A stretch of 64,000 nucleotides of DNA from Thermoanaerobaculia bacterium (lineage in GTDB: Bacteria > Acidobacteriota > Thermoanaerobaculia > Multivoradales > Multivoraceae), in the NCBI GenBank assembly GCA_963666565.1, contig OY762911.1:3648001-3712000 (forward strand), in the 5' to 3' direction. This document shows positions 37,511 through 48,013 of the stretch, piece by piece. Under the pieces are notes generated by a model, which ran no database searches, was not told the DNA's origin, and saw only the letters and a list, made by a program, of their open reading frames with translations. Numbering within the stretch: the stretch's first letter is position 1; each line of letters starts with the position of its first letter. The position numbers and the translations under genes were made by a program.

Positions 37511-39832
37511 TCACAGGCGGAAGGTGTACTGCGCCTTCACCGCCAGCCTCGAGTCCTGCCGGCGGAAGTCGGTTCCCCTCTCGCCCACCTCCTGCACCCA
37601 ACCCTGGCCGAAGATGAAGAACAGGTCGTTGCCCGGCTCGAGGGTCCAGCGCACCCGGCCCTGGAAGCCGAGATTGCCCGAGCGGTTGTCGAACTGCAGC
37701 ACGTTCGAGAACGAGAGCAGCGGCGAAACCGCGTAGTTGAACTCGGCCCGGTGGATCCTGGCGACGAAGTCGCCCTGCGGCAGACGTGCGAAGGTCTGGT
37801 TCGTCTCGACGCTGATCGTCAGGCGCGGCGGCGCGGAGTACCGGAGGCCCACGCGGTAGGTCTCGGCGTCTCCCGACCAGAAGCTGCCGAAGGTGACTCC
37901 CAGGTTCGCCTGAAGCCTGCGCTTCTGCGCCGACATGAAGAAGATCCTGAGCGGCGTGAAGTCGTACTCGCCGGGCGGCAACACCACGCCGGGGGAGATC
38001 TCGAAGGGCTCGAACAGCCGCTCCCAGGTCGGGTTCACGTCGAACAGGCTGTGCAGCGAGTCGCCCGACTGGAAGTGCCAGTCGACGAGCGTGAAGTATA
38101 GGTCGCGGCTCTCGACCAGGCCGTTGTCGAGTCGCTTGAACTCCGTGTAGAAGACGTCGTGGTACATCTGCTGGATGCCCAGCCACTGGTTCTTCGGCCG
38201 CGGGTTGAAGCTGGCGCCCAGCCGCAGCATCCGCACGTTGCGGCGCTGAACGAACCCGAGCGCGGGATCGAAGTTCTCCTGAATCTCGCGCCACTGCACC
38301 TGGGCGTCGTACCGGTCGTTCGGGAACGCCGCCGCGAAGCCGAAGGCCGCATCGTCGTCGGCCGTGCCCTCGGCGGAAGGACCCTCGTTGTCGCTCTGGA
38401 GGCCCCAGGCGTTGAAGACGAAGTTCCGGCCGCTGCCCAGGATGTCGGAAGTGGCCAGGCGCAGGTCCACGCCCATCGTGGTGGCGTCCATGGCGCGCGC
38501 CTGGTTGCCGCTGGTGACGAGCGCGCCGATGTAGGACTGCTGCCAGAAATTCTGCCGCACCCGTCCGACGAACATGCTCTGGTCGTCCACGAACGAGGTA
38601 TCGCCGGTGCCGACGTTGAGCACGCCGACTTCGGTCCGGCCCACCCTGCCGGTCAGCTTCAGCCCGTAGTCGAGCGGCACCTCGCGACCTCGCAGCAGAC
38701 CGATCCGGCGGCTGAAGAAGGGGAAGATCTCGGCGCCGGTACCGGGGATGCCTCCCGGCTGGCTGACCCCGGTGGTCGCGAAGTTGAAGACGCCGGCATC
38801 CTGCAGGAAGAAGGACCGCTTCTCGGGAAAGAAGATGGAGAAACGGGTCAGGTTGATCTGGCGCGCGTCGACTTCCGTCTCGCCGAAGTCGGTGTTGAAG
38901 GTGGCCGTCAGCTTGAGGTTGGGCGTCACGTTGTAGAACAGGTCGAGTCCGGGCTTGCCGCGCAGGCTGTCGTCGCCGCTGGCGGCGCTGTGGTCCCAGC
39001 GCCCCGCGACGAACGGCCGGATGTCCAGACTGAGCCCCTGTTCGAGGCCTCCCATGCCGGAGATCGCCCCCGCCTCCGATACCTGGAAGAACTGCGCGTC
39101 GAAGCGGGCGCCCGCCCAGCGCGCCTCCTCGAACTTCCGCTGGATGTTCCGGCTGAAGTTGAACCCCCAGACCGTGCCCTCCGGCGGGAAGTTCAGGCTC
39201 TTGAAGGGGATCGCGAACTCCGCGCTCCAGCCCCGGTCCGAGCGCTGCGTCGCGACGTTCCAGATGGCGTCCCAGTCCTCGTTCGTCTCGCCGTTCGCGA
39301 ACACCAAGCCGTCGACCAGGGCGCCGTTCGGGTTCGTCGAAAAGTAGTAGGCGTTACTCTGATCGCGGAAGGTATCGAGCAGGAACTGGACGTAGTCGTC
39401 CGGCCTGAGCGAGGCGTCGCGGGCCATCTGCGATGCGAGAACCCGGTCCGGCTCGGAGTCGTGGCACATCACGCCGACGTAGAGGTGGTCGGCGTCGCGC
39501 AGCAGGGTGACCTCCGTGCGCTCGCTCGGCACGGCGCCCTCCGTCGGGATGCGTTGCACCAGGGCGCCGATCCGCGGCGACGATGCCCACGCCGGTTCGT
39601 CCAGGACGCCGTCGAGGAGAATCGGCTCGGACACCGCCGTAACGACCGCGGTCCGGGTCGGCCTGCTCGACTCCTCCTGGAGCGGAGCGGCGACAAACGC
39701 GGGCGGAGCGACGAGCGCCACCCACCCATGCACCACCACGACCGCCGCCAACCGCCTGCCGGGTACGCCGACCTCCGGTCGGCATCCGGGCACGGTCCGG
39801 CGCCCGGCCGGATCGGTCGCTCCCTCGGACAA
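37511..39832 (-). CDS. CBM9-like plus DUF5916 outer-membrane protein
   Basis: LDGVLDEPAW, GWSAEFAIPFKSL, NTDFGETEVD..NLTRF.IFFPEKRSFF, C-terminal KAQYTFRL. Start uncertain. Confidence 0.82.
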   Translation of the reverse strand: MSEGATDPAGRRTVPGCRPEVGVPGRRLAAVVVVHGWVALVAPPAFVAAPLQEESSRPTRTAVVTAVSEPILLDGVLDEPAWASSPRIGALVQRIPTEGAVPSERTEVTLLRDADHLYVGVMCHDSEPDRVLASQMARDASLRPDDYVQFLLDTFRDQSNAYYFSTNPNGALVDGLVFANGETNEDWDAIWNVATQRSDRGWSAEFAIPFKSLNFPPEGTVWGFNFSRNIQRKFEEARWAGARFDAQFFQVSEAGAISGMGGLEQGLSLDIRPFVAGRWDHSAASGDDSLRGKPGLDLFYNVTPNLKLTATFNTDFGETEVDARQINLTRFSIFFPEKRSFFLQDAGVFNFATTGVSQPGGIPGTGAEIFPFFSRRIGLLRGREVPLDYGLKLTGRVGRTEVGVLNVGTGDTSFVDDQSMFVGRVRQNFWQQSYIGALVTSGNQARAMDATTMGVDLRLATSDILGSGRNFVFNAWGLQSDNEGPSAEGTADDDAAFGFAAAFPNDRYDAQVQWREIQENFDPALGFVQRRNVRMLRLGASFNPRPKNQWLGIQQMYHDVFYTEFKRLDNGLVESRDLYFTLVDWHFQSGDSLHSLFDVNPTWERLFEPFEISPGVVLPPGEYDFTPLRIFFMSAQKRRLQANLGVTFGSFWSGDAETYRVGLRYSAPPRLTISVETNQTFARLPQGDFVARIHRAEFNYAVSPLLSFSNVLQFDNRSGNLGFQGRVRWTLEPGNDLFFIFGQGWVQEVGERGTDFRRQDSRLAVKAQYTFRL

Positions 39833-39863
39833 CCCGCTGGTCCGCTTCGGTCTCAGGGCGCTC

Positions 39864-41234
39864 TCACGGCGACGGCAGCAGCGCGTCCCGGTCCACCCAC
39901 TCGCCGCGCAGCATGACGCGGTCGATCTGCAACGTGTTCCGTATGTCTGCCAGGGGATCGGCGTTCAGCACGATCAGGTCGGCGCTCATGCCGGCGGTAA
40001 GCGTGCCGAAGTCCGCCTCGCCCACCGGCGGCATCCGGCCGGCGCCGGTCGCCGTGGCGGCGACCAGGGTCTCCATCGGCGTGAGACCCGCCTCGACGTA
40101 GAGCTCGAGTTCGTGGTGCGTGCCCCACCCCATCGGCACGTTCGGTGTACCGCTGTCGGTGCCGAGGGCCACCTGGATGCCGTGGTCGTGGAGCGTCTTC
40201 GTGAAGTCCTGCATGTGCCGGAAGGAGAGCTTGCGTCCCTCGAAGCCGTCCGCCGCCAAGATGGCGGCACGGGCTTCCTCGTCGCTGAAGCGCTCGAGCG
40301 CACGCGGGTTCATCACTGCCCGCAGTTCCGGGTCGTCCAGCAGTTCCGGGTGCTCGGCGAAGTGCCAGTTGTTCTGGACGATCGACAGGGTCGGCGCGAA
40401 GCCGCAGTCCTTCTCCAGGCACAGGTCGAGGAACGCCTGGCTGGGCACCGGGTCCTCCATCGGCACGCCGCCGCCGGGTCCGAAGGTCCGCACCGTGGTG
40501 TGCATGAACTCGTTCAGGCCGGCCTCGAGAAGCTGGAGGCCGTCCGCCTCCTCGTTGATGTGGGCGACCGGGATGAGCCCGTTCTCGTAGGACTCGTCGA
40601 TGATCGCGGCCCGGATCGCCGGCGGGATCTTGCGGTTCGGCTCCGCGACCTCGTTGATCCACATCTTCGTGAAGTGGACGCCGAGGGCCGCCTGCTCGCG
40701 GACCTGGGCCCGCGCCTCCTCCGGCGTTGTCGGCGTGTTCGGGAAGCTGGAGTTGAAGCCGCCCGGGTAGGAGAAGCCGAGCCCGGCGGTGAACGCCCGC
40801 GGCAGGTCCGGCCGTCCGGCGTTCGCCTCCAGCATCAGCGCCACCTTGTCCGGGCTGTCCGAGCCGATGCTGCGGGTCGTCGTGACGCCGTAGTAGAGCT
40901 GCGACCGCAGCGCCTGCTCCGTGGCCTCCACCGGGCCGCCGTAGTGGGCGTGCAGGTCGACGAAGCCGGGGATGACCGTCTTGCCCGCCGCGTCGACTAC
41001 TTCCGTGCCGTCGGGGACATCGACAGCGTCGCTCGGGCCGGCCGCCACGACGCGGCCGTCGTCGATCAGGACGACCGCGTCGGCGACGGGGTCGCCGCCC
41101 GTGCCGTCGATGAGCCGGGCGCCGACGATCGCCAGGTCGGCGGGTTCGACCGGAGGAGCGGAACCATCTCCGCAAGCCGCCAGAACGACGGTCGCCGAGA
41201 GTGCGAGTACCGGGGCAGCAGCGTACCTTGTCAT
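39864..41234 (-). CDS. Amidohydrolase family lipoprotein
   Basis: LAAC lipobox, IPGFVDLHAH, LGTDSG, ADLIVLNADPL. Confidence 0.9.
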   Translation of the reverse strand: MTRYAAAPVLALSATVVLAACGDGSAPPVEPADLAIVGARLIDGTGGDPVADAVVLIDDGRVVAAGPSDAVDVPDGTEVVDAAGKTVIPGFVDLHAHYGGPVEATEQALRSQLYYGVTTTRSIGSDSPDKVALMLEANAGRPDLPRAFTAGLGFSYPGGFNSSFPNTPTTPEEARAQVREQAALGVHFTKMWINEVAEPNRKIPPAIRAAIIDESYENGLIPVAHINEEADGLQLLEAGLNEFMHTTVRTFGPGGGVPMEDPVPSQAFLDLCLEKDCGFAPTLSIVQNNWHFAEHPELLDDPELRAVMNPRALERFSDEEARAAILAADGFEGRKLSFRHMQDFTKTLHDHGIQVALGTDSGTPNVPMGWGTHHELELYVEAGLTPMETLVAATATGAGRMPPVGEADFGTLTAGMSADLIVLNADPLADIRNTLQIDRVMLRGEWVDRDALLPSP

Positions 41235-41410
41235 GGTGCGAGCAGGCTACCAGCCGGCCCGCATGCCAGACCCAGCGCCTAACACCGGCTACGCCGGCCC
41301 GCCGGCCTCTGAAGACGCGCCGCGAAGCGGCGAACGCCCGAAGACTTGGCCCTGCGATCAGCCGTCGCACGAGAATGAGAGAATCCCGGCGATCCGCAAC
41401 GGAGCACCCG

Positions 41411-42964
41411 ATGAGCTGGCACGACGACGTCAAGGAGATCGAACGGCAACGTCGCATGGCCGAGCAGATGGGCGGCGCCGACAGCGTCGCTTTCCAGCAC
41501 GGCCGCGGCAAGCTGACGGTGCGCGAGCGGATCGACCTGCTCGCGGATCCGGGGACCTTCCACGAGATCGGCGCGCTGGCCGGCACGGCGACCTGGGAAG
41601 ACGGTTCGGTGGCGGCGCTCAAGCCGTCCAACATGGTCGTCGGCACGCTGCGCGTCGACGGCCGAAAGGTCGCCTTCTCCGGCGGTGACTTCACGATCCG
41701 CGGCGGCGCCTCGGACGCCAACGTCGGCAACAAGAGCCGGTTCGCCGAGCAGTTCGCGCTGCGCAGCCGGCTCCCGTTCGTCCGCCTCCTCGATGCGACC
41801 GGCGGCAGCGTCAAGACCTTCGAGCAGATCGGCAGGACCTACCTGCCCGGCGGCGCGGGCACCGACGTCTCGACCCATCTCCTGCAGGCGGTTCCGGTGG
41901 TCTCGGCCGTGCTCGGCTCCGTCGCCGGCCTGCCGGCCGTGCAGGCGTGCCTCTGCCACTTCAGCGTCATGGTCAAGGGCACGAGCCAGCTGTTCGTCGC
42001 CGGTCCGAAGGTGGTCGAGCAGGCAACCGGCCAGCGCATCACGAAGGAGGAGCTGGGCGACGAACGCACCCAGATGCGGAACGGCGTCGTCATGAACCTC
42101 GCCGAGGACGAGGCCGACGCGATCGCCCAGGTGCGCCGGTTCCTCTCGTACCTGCCGTCGAGCGTCTGGGAGGCGCCGCCGGAGCGGACGCCGGACGACG
42201 ATCCGGACCGGCGGGCCGAGTCGCTCCTGTCCGCGGTGCCCCGGGACCGGCGGCGAACCTACGATCCTCACGCGATCGTCGAGGCCGTCGTCGACGAAGG
42301 GAGTTTCTTCGAGATCGGGCCGCTCTACGGCCAGGCCCGCGTCACCGGCCTCGCCCGCGTCGACGGCATCCCCTGCGGGGTCATGAGCAACGATCCGCGT
42401 TTCAACGGCGGCTCGATGGACATCGCGGCCGGCGAGAAGATGCTCCGGCTGCTGGAACTCTGCGAGACGTTCCACCTCCCGCTCGTCTACTTCGCCGACG
42501 AGCCGGGGTTCTCCGTCGGTCCCGCCCAGGAGCGCCTGGGAATCGTGAGGGCGGGCGCCCGCGTCGTGACGGCGCTCAACTCGAGCCGGACGCCGTACAT
42601 CTGCTTCGTCGTGCGGCAGCTCTACGGAGTCGCCGGCGGCCTCCACTGGCGCGGCCAGGGCTTCTACCGGCGCTACGCCTGGCCCTCGGCCCACGGCGGC
42701 TCGATGCACATCCAGGGCGGCACCGCGATCGCCTACAAGCGGGAGATCGAGGCAGCCGAGGACCCGGAGGCCAAGCGCGCCGAGATCGAAGCGAGGCTCT
42801 TCGCCATCTCATCGCCCTTCCGCAACGCCCATGCATTCGGCGTCGAGGAGATCGTCGACCCGCGCGACACGCGGCCGCTGCTGGTGGACTTCGTCCGCGA
42901 CGCGCGGCGGGTGGTCGCGGCGGAGCTTCTCGGGCCGGCGACGGGGCCGAGCTACCGGCCGTAG
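41411..42964 (+). CDS. Acyl-CoA carboxylase carboxyltransferase (beta) subunit family
   Basis: GKLTVRERIDLLAD, DFTIRGG, FVAGP.VV, EELG, DEPGF.VG, EIVDPRDTR. Confidence 0.9.
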   Translation: MSWHDDVKEIERQRRMAEQMGGADSVAFQHGRGKLTVRERIDLLADPGTFHEIGALAGTATWEDGSVAALKPSNMVVGTLRVDGRKVAFSGGDFTIRGGASDANVGNKSRFAEQFALRSRLPFVRLLDATGGSVKTFEQIGRTYLPGGAGTDVSTHLLQAVPVVSAVLGSVAGLPAVQACLCHFSVMVKGTSQLFVAGPKVVEQATGQRITKEELGDERTQMRNGVVMNLAEDEADAIAQVRRFLSYLPSSVWEAPPERTPDDDPDRRAESLLSAVPRDRRRTYDPHAIVEAVVDEGSFFEIGPLYGQARVTGLARVDGIPCGVMSNDPRFNGGSMDIAAGEKMLRLLELCETFHLPLVYFADEPGFSVGPAQERLGIVRAGARVVTALNSSRTPYICFVVRQLYGVAGGLHWRGQGFYRRYAWPSAHGGSMHIQGGTAIAYKREIEAAEDPEAKRAEIEARLFAISSPFRNAHAFGVEEIVDPRDTRPLLVDFVRDARRVVAAELLGPATGPSYRP

Positions 42965-43000
42965 TCTGTGGAGTGCAACGGTTCCGCTAGCGCTTCCGAG

Positions 43001-45502
43001 TCAGTCTTGAGGAAGTCGAAGCCTCCCGGACTCCCGGGACCGTTCTCTCTTGTAGTCGAAGCTCTCGTCCCACTCGGAGAATTCGAGTAGATCAACCTCC
43101 TGGGAAGGCCCGGTGACACCGCGGTCGAAGAGGTCGTCGATCTCCGACTCCGAGAGGCCCAGCCGCTCCCGCAGCAAGTCACGACTGTGCTCGCCGAGAC
43201 GGGGCGGCGGCCGGTCGGAGCGCTCCGAGAGGCCGTCGATCCGCCAAGAGTGGCCGGCGTAGCGCTTCTCGCCCAGGTCGGGGTGCTCGATCCGGCGGAA
43301 CCAGGCGCGCTCGTCCAGGTGGGGACAGGCCATCACCTCTGCGGTCGACCGCACGACGCCGGCGGCGATTCCGGCGGTCTGGAGGCGCTCCATCAGTGGC
43401 TTGGCCCGCTGGGTGCGCGTCCACTCGACCATCGCCTCGTCGAGCTTCTCCGCGTTGGCAATGCGCTCCCGACGCCGACCGAAGGCCGGATCCGCGAGGG
43501 TCTCGGAACCGGACAGCGCTGCCAGGCGGCGCCACTGCTCGTCGGACTCGACAGCCAGGGCGATCCAGCGATCCTCCCCCGCGCAGGGATAGACGCCGTG
43601 CGGGGCGTGGTCGAGGTCGCCGTTGCCCACTGGCGTCCGCTCGTCTCCGAGGGCCGCATCGAGCAGCACCTCGCCCAGGTAGCCGGCAGCCGCCTCCATC
43701 ATGCTGCCGTCGATCGCCTGCCCCTCGCCGGTGCGCCGGCTGTGGAAGAGGGCGACGAGCGTCGTAGCCGCCATCTGGAGTCCGGTGATCGCGTCCGCCT
43801 GGTAGAAGCCCATGACCGTCGGCTCGCCGCCCGGATACCGGTGGAGCCAGTCCCAGCCGGAGAGCGCCTCGATGGAGGTCCCGTTCGCCTTGTAGTCGCT
43901 GAGCGGTCCCGTCTTGCCGAAGCCCGACCAGGAGGTCATCACCAGGCCGGGACTCAGCTTCTCCACGGCTGGCCAGTCGAAGCCGAACCGCTCCATGACC
44001 CGGGGCGTGAAGTTCTCCATCAGGACGTCGGCGTCGGCGATCAAGCGCCGCAGCAGGTCGCGCCCGTCCTCGGTCTTGAGATCGAGGCACAGGGACCGCC
44101 TGTTGCGGTTCACGCTGTTGTAGTAGGGGCTCGTGTTGATGTGGCCGCCGGGCGCGTTCCCGGCCGGCTGCGGATTCGCGAGCCATCGACGCCACACGTC
44201 CGGCCGCTGGTGCGATTCCACCTTGATCACGTCGGCGCCGAGGTCGGCCAGCAACATGGCGGCGTAGGGGCCGATCCAGGCCTGGGTGAGATCGACGATC
44301 CGGACGCCGGCGAGCGGCAGGGCCTCGCCTTGGTCGGCGCGCGACGCCGGAGGCTCGCGCGGTCCCCAATCGAGCCGCGAGGGGCGGATCCGTTCCGCGG
44401 CGCTCGGGGCAGGCACAGGCGCCGCCGCTCCAGTGCGTCCCAGCGCGGCCGCCGGACCGGCGAAGGGCAGCTCCCCCAGGCGCGGATGACGAAGCGTGCG
44501 GAAGAAGCCGCGAGCGGCCAGATGCTCGTCGGTCAGCAGGTCGGCCGGCGACAGCACCTTGCCGCAGACGACGCGCCGCTTCAGCAGGCCATGGAACACG
44601 TCGTCGGCCTTCATGTCCCTTACCTTGCCGGCCAGGAGAGGGATCAGCCTCCGGCGCCACGCGGGCGGATCCTCACCGTCCTCAATCGGCGGCCACTCCT
44701 TCTCGTCTACACCGAGCACCGCCCCGTAATCGTCGAGCTGTTCCTCGAGCGGAGGCATGAAGGTCACCCAGCCGTCCCGGCAGCGGTGCGCCCGCACGCC
44801 GGTCGTCGAGCCGCCCTCCCGCCGGGGATGCGGGCCGCCGTACTCGACCGGCAGCAGCGGCAGGATCCCGGCGATCACGTCGAACTCCGAAACCTCGATG
44901 AACCCGCCTCGTCCGCTCTCGAGCCGCGAAACGAGCGCCGCGAGCGCGGCGACGAAGGCGCTGACGCCGCAGGCGTAGCCCAGAACGTGTCCTGGCGCCT
45001 TGAGCGGGGCGCGCCTCGCGTCACCGTTCAGGAAGGCGTAGCCCGACAGCGCCTGAACGACCAGTTCCGAGCCGACCAGGCCGGCGAACGGGCCGCTCAG
45101 GCCGAACGGCGAGACGGAGACCAACACGAGGTCCGGACACCGTTCCCGGACGTCGTCGAGCGTCAGACCCCGGCGCTCCAGGTCGGCGTCGCCCCAGTCC
45201 GTCACGAGAACGTCGGCCCGCCCCAGGAGATCGAGTAGCGCCGCGGCGTCCGGGCAGGCGTCCGGCAGCGACGCCGCCCGCTTGTTCGCGGCGACGAACT
45301 GCCAAAGCAGCGACTCCCGCTCGGCGCCTACCCCCGCGTGCGGGCCGCGGCGCCGCAGCCGTGAGCCACCTTCACTCTCCAGCACAACGACATCGGCGCC
45401 CCAAAGCGCGAACTGCCGCGCGCAGTACGCCGCGGCGACGCCGTCGGCGAGTTCGACGACTCGAACACCCGACAGCGCCGGTCCGGTTCGCGATCGGTCC
45501 AT
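43001..45502 (-). CDS. Family III CoA-transferase (CaiB/BaiF), tandem double domain
   Basis: Two repeats: LSGVRVVEL..GADVV and LAGVRIVDLTQAWIGP..LADLGADVIKVE..NRNRRSLCLDL..ENFTP..PPRLGEH. Confidence 0.92.
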   Translation of the reverse strand: MDRSRTGPALSGVRVVELADGVAAAYCARQFALWGADVVVLESEGGSRLRRRGPHAGVGAERESLLWQFVAANKRAASLPDACPDAAALLDLLGRADVLVTDWGDADLERRGLTLDDVRERCPDLVLVSVSPFGLSGPFAGLVGSELVVQALSGYAFLNGDARRAPLKAPGHVLGYACGVSAFVAALAALVSRLESGRGGFIEVSEFDVIAGILPLLPVEYGGPHPRREGGSTTGVRAHRCRDGWVTFMPPLEEQLDDYGAVLGVDEKEWPPIEDGEDPPAWRRRLIPLLAGKVRDMKADDVFHGLLKRRVVCGKVLSPADLLTDEHLAARGFFRTLRHPRLGELPFAGPAAALGRTGAAAPVPAPSAAERIRPSRLDWGPREPPASRADQGEALPLAGVRIVDLTQAWIGPYAAMLLADLGADVIKVESHQRPDVWRRWLANPQPAGNAPGGHINTSPYYNSVNRNRRSLCLDLKTEDGRDLLRRLIADADVLMENFTPRVMERFGFDWPAVEKLSPGLVMTSWSGFGKTGPLSDYKANGTSIEALSGWDWLHRYPGGEPTVMGFYQADAITGLQMAATTLVALFHSRRTGEGQAIDGSMMEAAAGYLGEVLLDAALGDERTPVGNGDLDHAPHGVYPCAGEDRWIALAVESDEQWRRLAALSGSETLADPAFGRRRERIANAEKLDEAMVEWTRTQRAKPLMERLQTAGIAAGVVRSTAEVMACPHLDERAWFRRIEHPDLGEKRYAGHSWRIDGLSERSDRPPPRLGEHSRDLLRERLGLSESEIDDLFDRGVTGPSQEVDLLEFSEWDESFDYKRERSRESGRLRLPQD

Positions 45503-45660
45503 GTCCCAATCGTCTCAGAAACGCTGCACCGGCGTCGCCCGGGACGAACCCCGAGACTCTGTCTCAGTGCTACCATCGCCGGCGTCACACTGGCCCATCG
45601 ATCCCGAGCGGTGCGGGCCTGGACGCCACGGTAAGCACACCAGACGACTGCCCGCACGCG

Positions 45661-46323
45661 ATGAGTTCGGTAGCGCCCCTGACCGTTGCCGCCCTGCAGG
45701 CCGAGGCGGCGGCGTTCGCCGAGTCGCTCCGCCAACAGCCTGTGCCCGAGCTCTTCGGCACGACCGACGGCAAGGCCCTGGGCACATGGATCGAATCGAG
45801 CTTCAACGAGTTTCTGGCCAGCCGCTACGCCTTCGACGCCGGAAGCGCGGCGCGGGGCATCGACTTCCCCGAGCTCGACGTGGATCTCAAGGCGACATTC
45901 CTGTCGCAACCCCAGTCATCCTGCCCGTTTCGAGACGCTTCGCAGAAGGTGTTCGGACTCGGCTACCACCTGCTCGTCTTCGTCTACGAAAAGACCGACG
46001 TCAACGAGACGCGAACGGCGCGCATCGAGGTCCGCCACCTCGTCTTCATCGAGCGCGAGCGGACAGCCGACTACCAGACCACGGCGGGAATCCGGGGCAT
46101 ACTCGAACGCAAAGGCAACCTCGACGACCTTGCTGCGTTCCTTGAGGAGCGCAACCTCCCGCTCGACGACATCGGTCGCCGGACTCTTGCGGAACGCATT
46201 CTCGCCCGCCCGCCGCGGCAGGGGTACATCACGGTCAGCAACGCCTTTCAGTAGCGGCTCCAGTACGGACATGCCATACGAAACGCCGGGGAGGTGGCCG
46301 GTGTCCACGATCTCCTCCGCTGA
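45661..46323 (+). pseudogene. NspV-like type II restriction endonuclease interrupted by an in-frame TAG at 46252-46254
   Basis: TDGKALGTWIE, GIDFP..DLK, QPQSSCPF..QKVFGLGY, ERTADYQ, GYITVSNAFQ*RLQYGHAI; matches my recollection of R.NspV (..ISNALQWRLQYGRVI). Confidence 0.82.
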
Positions 46324-47935
46324 GGGCGGCGCCGGCCAAGGCAGGTCCGTTCGCGGCAAGCTGAAGAAGGAGCTAGGGGACTTCCAGACGCCGCTGGACC
46401 TCGCGCTGACGGCCACGCGCGTTCTGCGAGCGGCCGGCCACCGTCCAGCCCGGCTTCTCGAGCCCACCTGCGGCAAGGGTTCCTTCCTTCGCGCCGCCGG
46501 GGAGCAACTCGATAGTCCCCTGGAGATGTTCGGCATCGAAATCCAGTCCCGCTACGTCGAAGAGGCCCGCAAGACTCTTCGCGAGCATCCGCCTTCCGGC
46601 ATCGATTGGCGAGTCCAGTCTGGCGACATCTTCAGCTACGACCTGTGCGCCCTTCCCTGGCGCACGGCGGGACCCCTTCTGGTGCTGGGGAACCCACCAT
46701 GGATCACCCTTGCCGAGCTGGGCGCGATGAACTCCTCTCACGTTCCCCAGCGATCCAACGTCCGATCCGTGCGGGGAATAGACGCACTGACGGGCGACTC
46801 GAACTTCGACGTAGCCGAGTACATCTGGATGCGGCTTCTCACGGAACTGCGGGAGCAGTCGCCCACCGTCGCGTTGCTCTGCAAGACCTCGGTGGCGCGC
46901 CGCGTCCTCGTGCTCGCCAGGCGTCTTCAACTCCCGGTGGCGGAATCGGCGCTCTGGCGCATCGACGCCCAACGAGAATTCGGCGTCGCAGCCGACGCGG
47001 GCCTGTTCATGATCCGTCTCGATGGCGCCACCGGTCGCTACGACTGCAGTGTCTACGACTCCCTCGCGGCTCGCGCCTCCGTGACGACCATGGGCATCGT
47101 CGACGGCGGTCTCGTGGCCGATGTCGCTTCCCACCGGAAGTCGCGGGCCTTCGACGGTCGCTCGCCCATCGAGTGGCGTCAGGGAGTCAAGCACGACGCC
47201 TCGAAGATTCTGGAGTTGAAGCCCGACCCGGACGAGGGCCGCTGGCGGAACGGGCCAGGCGAGTTCGTCGACATCGAACCGGAGTGGTCGTTCCCTCTGA
47301 TGAAGGGTTCGGACATCTACGCCGGACGCGAACCGAGCCGGCGCATCCTCGTCACTCAACGGTCTCTCGGCGAGAATCCGCGCGGTTTGCGCCACATCGC
47401 GCCGAAGCTCTGGGCCTACCTGAACGACCACCAGGAGCACTTCGCGGCCCGGAAATCGTCCGTCTACCGATCGCGACCGAAGTTCTCGATGTTCGGCATC
47501 GGACCGTACACGTTCAGCCCCTGGAAGGTGGCGGTGTGCAGCCTCTGGAAGGAGCCCCGCTTCCGCGTTCTGCCTCCCAGCGGCGACCAGCCGGTTCTCT
47601 GCGACGACACTTCCTACTTCCTGCCATGCGACAACGCCGAGCAGGCAGCCATCATCGCAGCGATTCTGCGCAGTGACCCCGCCAGGAACCTGCTCAGGTC
47701 CCTGGTCTTCGTCGATGCGAAGCGGGTCGTGACCAAGAAGCTGCTCCAGAGAATCGATCTTCGGGCGATTCTGACCGGGTTTCGGGACCAGATCGTCGAG
47801 GACGCGGCCACGTTCTCAGTCGATTTCGCGCTATCGACCGATCGCGCAGGCGCCCTCGAAGCCGAGGCGGACTCCCTCCTTCGCCAATGGGCGCCGGCGG
47901 AGCGCTCTCTGCCGTTCGGCGAACCGACTTCGTAG
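46301..47935 (+). CDS. Type II amino-methyltransferase (M.NspV-like)
   Basis: GDFQTP, LEPTCGKGSF (motif I), GNPPW (motif IV), WRQGVKHD, RKSSVY..FGIGPYTF; GGAGG RBS before GTG 46301. Confidence 0.9.
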   Translation: MSTISSAEGGAGQGRSVRGKLKKELGDFQTPLDLALTATRVLRAAGHRPARLLEPTCGKGSFLRAAGEQLDSPLEMFGIEIQSRYVEEARKTLREHPPSGIDWRVQSGDIFSYDLCALPWRTAGPLLVLGNPPWITLAELGAMNSSHVPQRSNVRSVRGIDALTGDSNFDVAEYIWMRLLTELREQSPTVALLCKTSVARRVLVLARRLQLPVAESALWRIDAQREFGVAADAGLFMIRLDGATGRYDCSVYDSLAARASVTTMGIVDGGLVADVASHRKSRAFDGRSPIEWRQGVKHDASKILELKPDPDEGRWRNGPGEFVDIEPEWSFPLMKGSDIYAGREPSRRILVTQRSLGENPRGLRHIAPKLWAYLNDHQEHFAARKSSVYRSRPKFSMFGIGPYTFSPWKVAVCSLWKEPRFRVLPPSGDQPVLCDDTSYFLPCDNAEQAAIIAAILRSDPARNLLRSLVFVDAKRVVTKKLLQRIDLRAILTGFRDQIVEDAATFSVDFALSTDRAGALEAEADSLLRQWAPAERSLPFGEPTS

Positions 47936-48013
47936 TCGGAGGACGGACATCCGCTTCAGGCGAGCACGTAAGCTGGCTGGCCCACCAGCCACGTCGGCGA
48001 AGGAGGCGGTCCA

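Noticed and set aside
46252-46254. Pyrrolysine or genome-wide TAG recoding
   Set aside because: TAG terminates many normal genes here, and the position corresponds to a conserved Trp.
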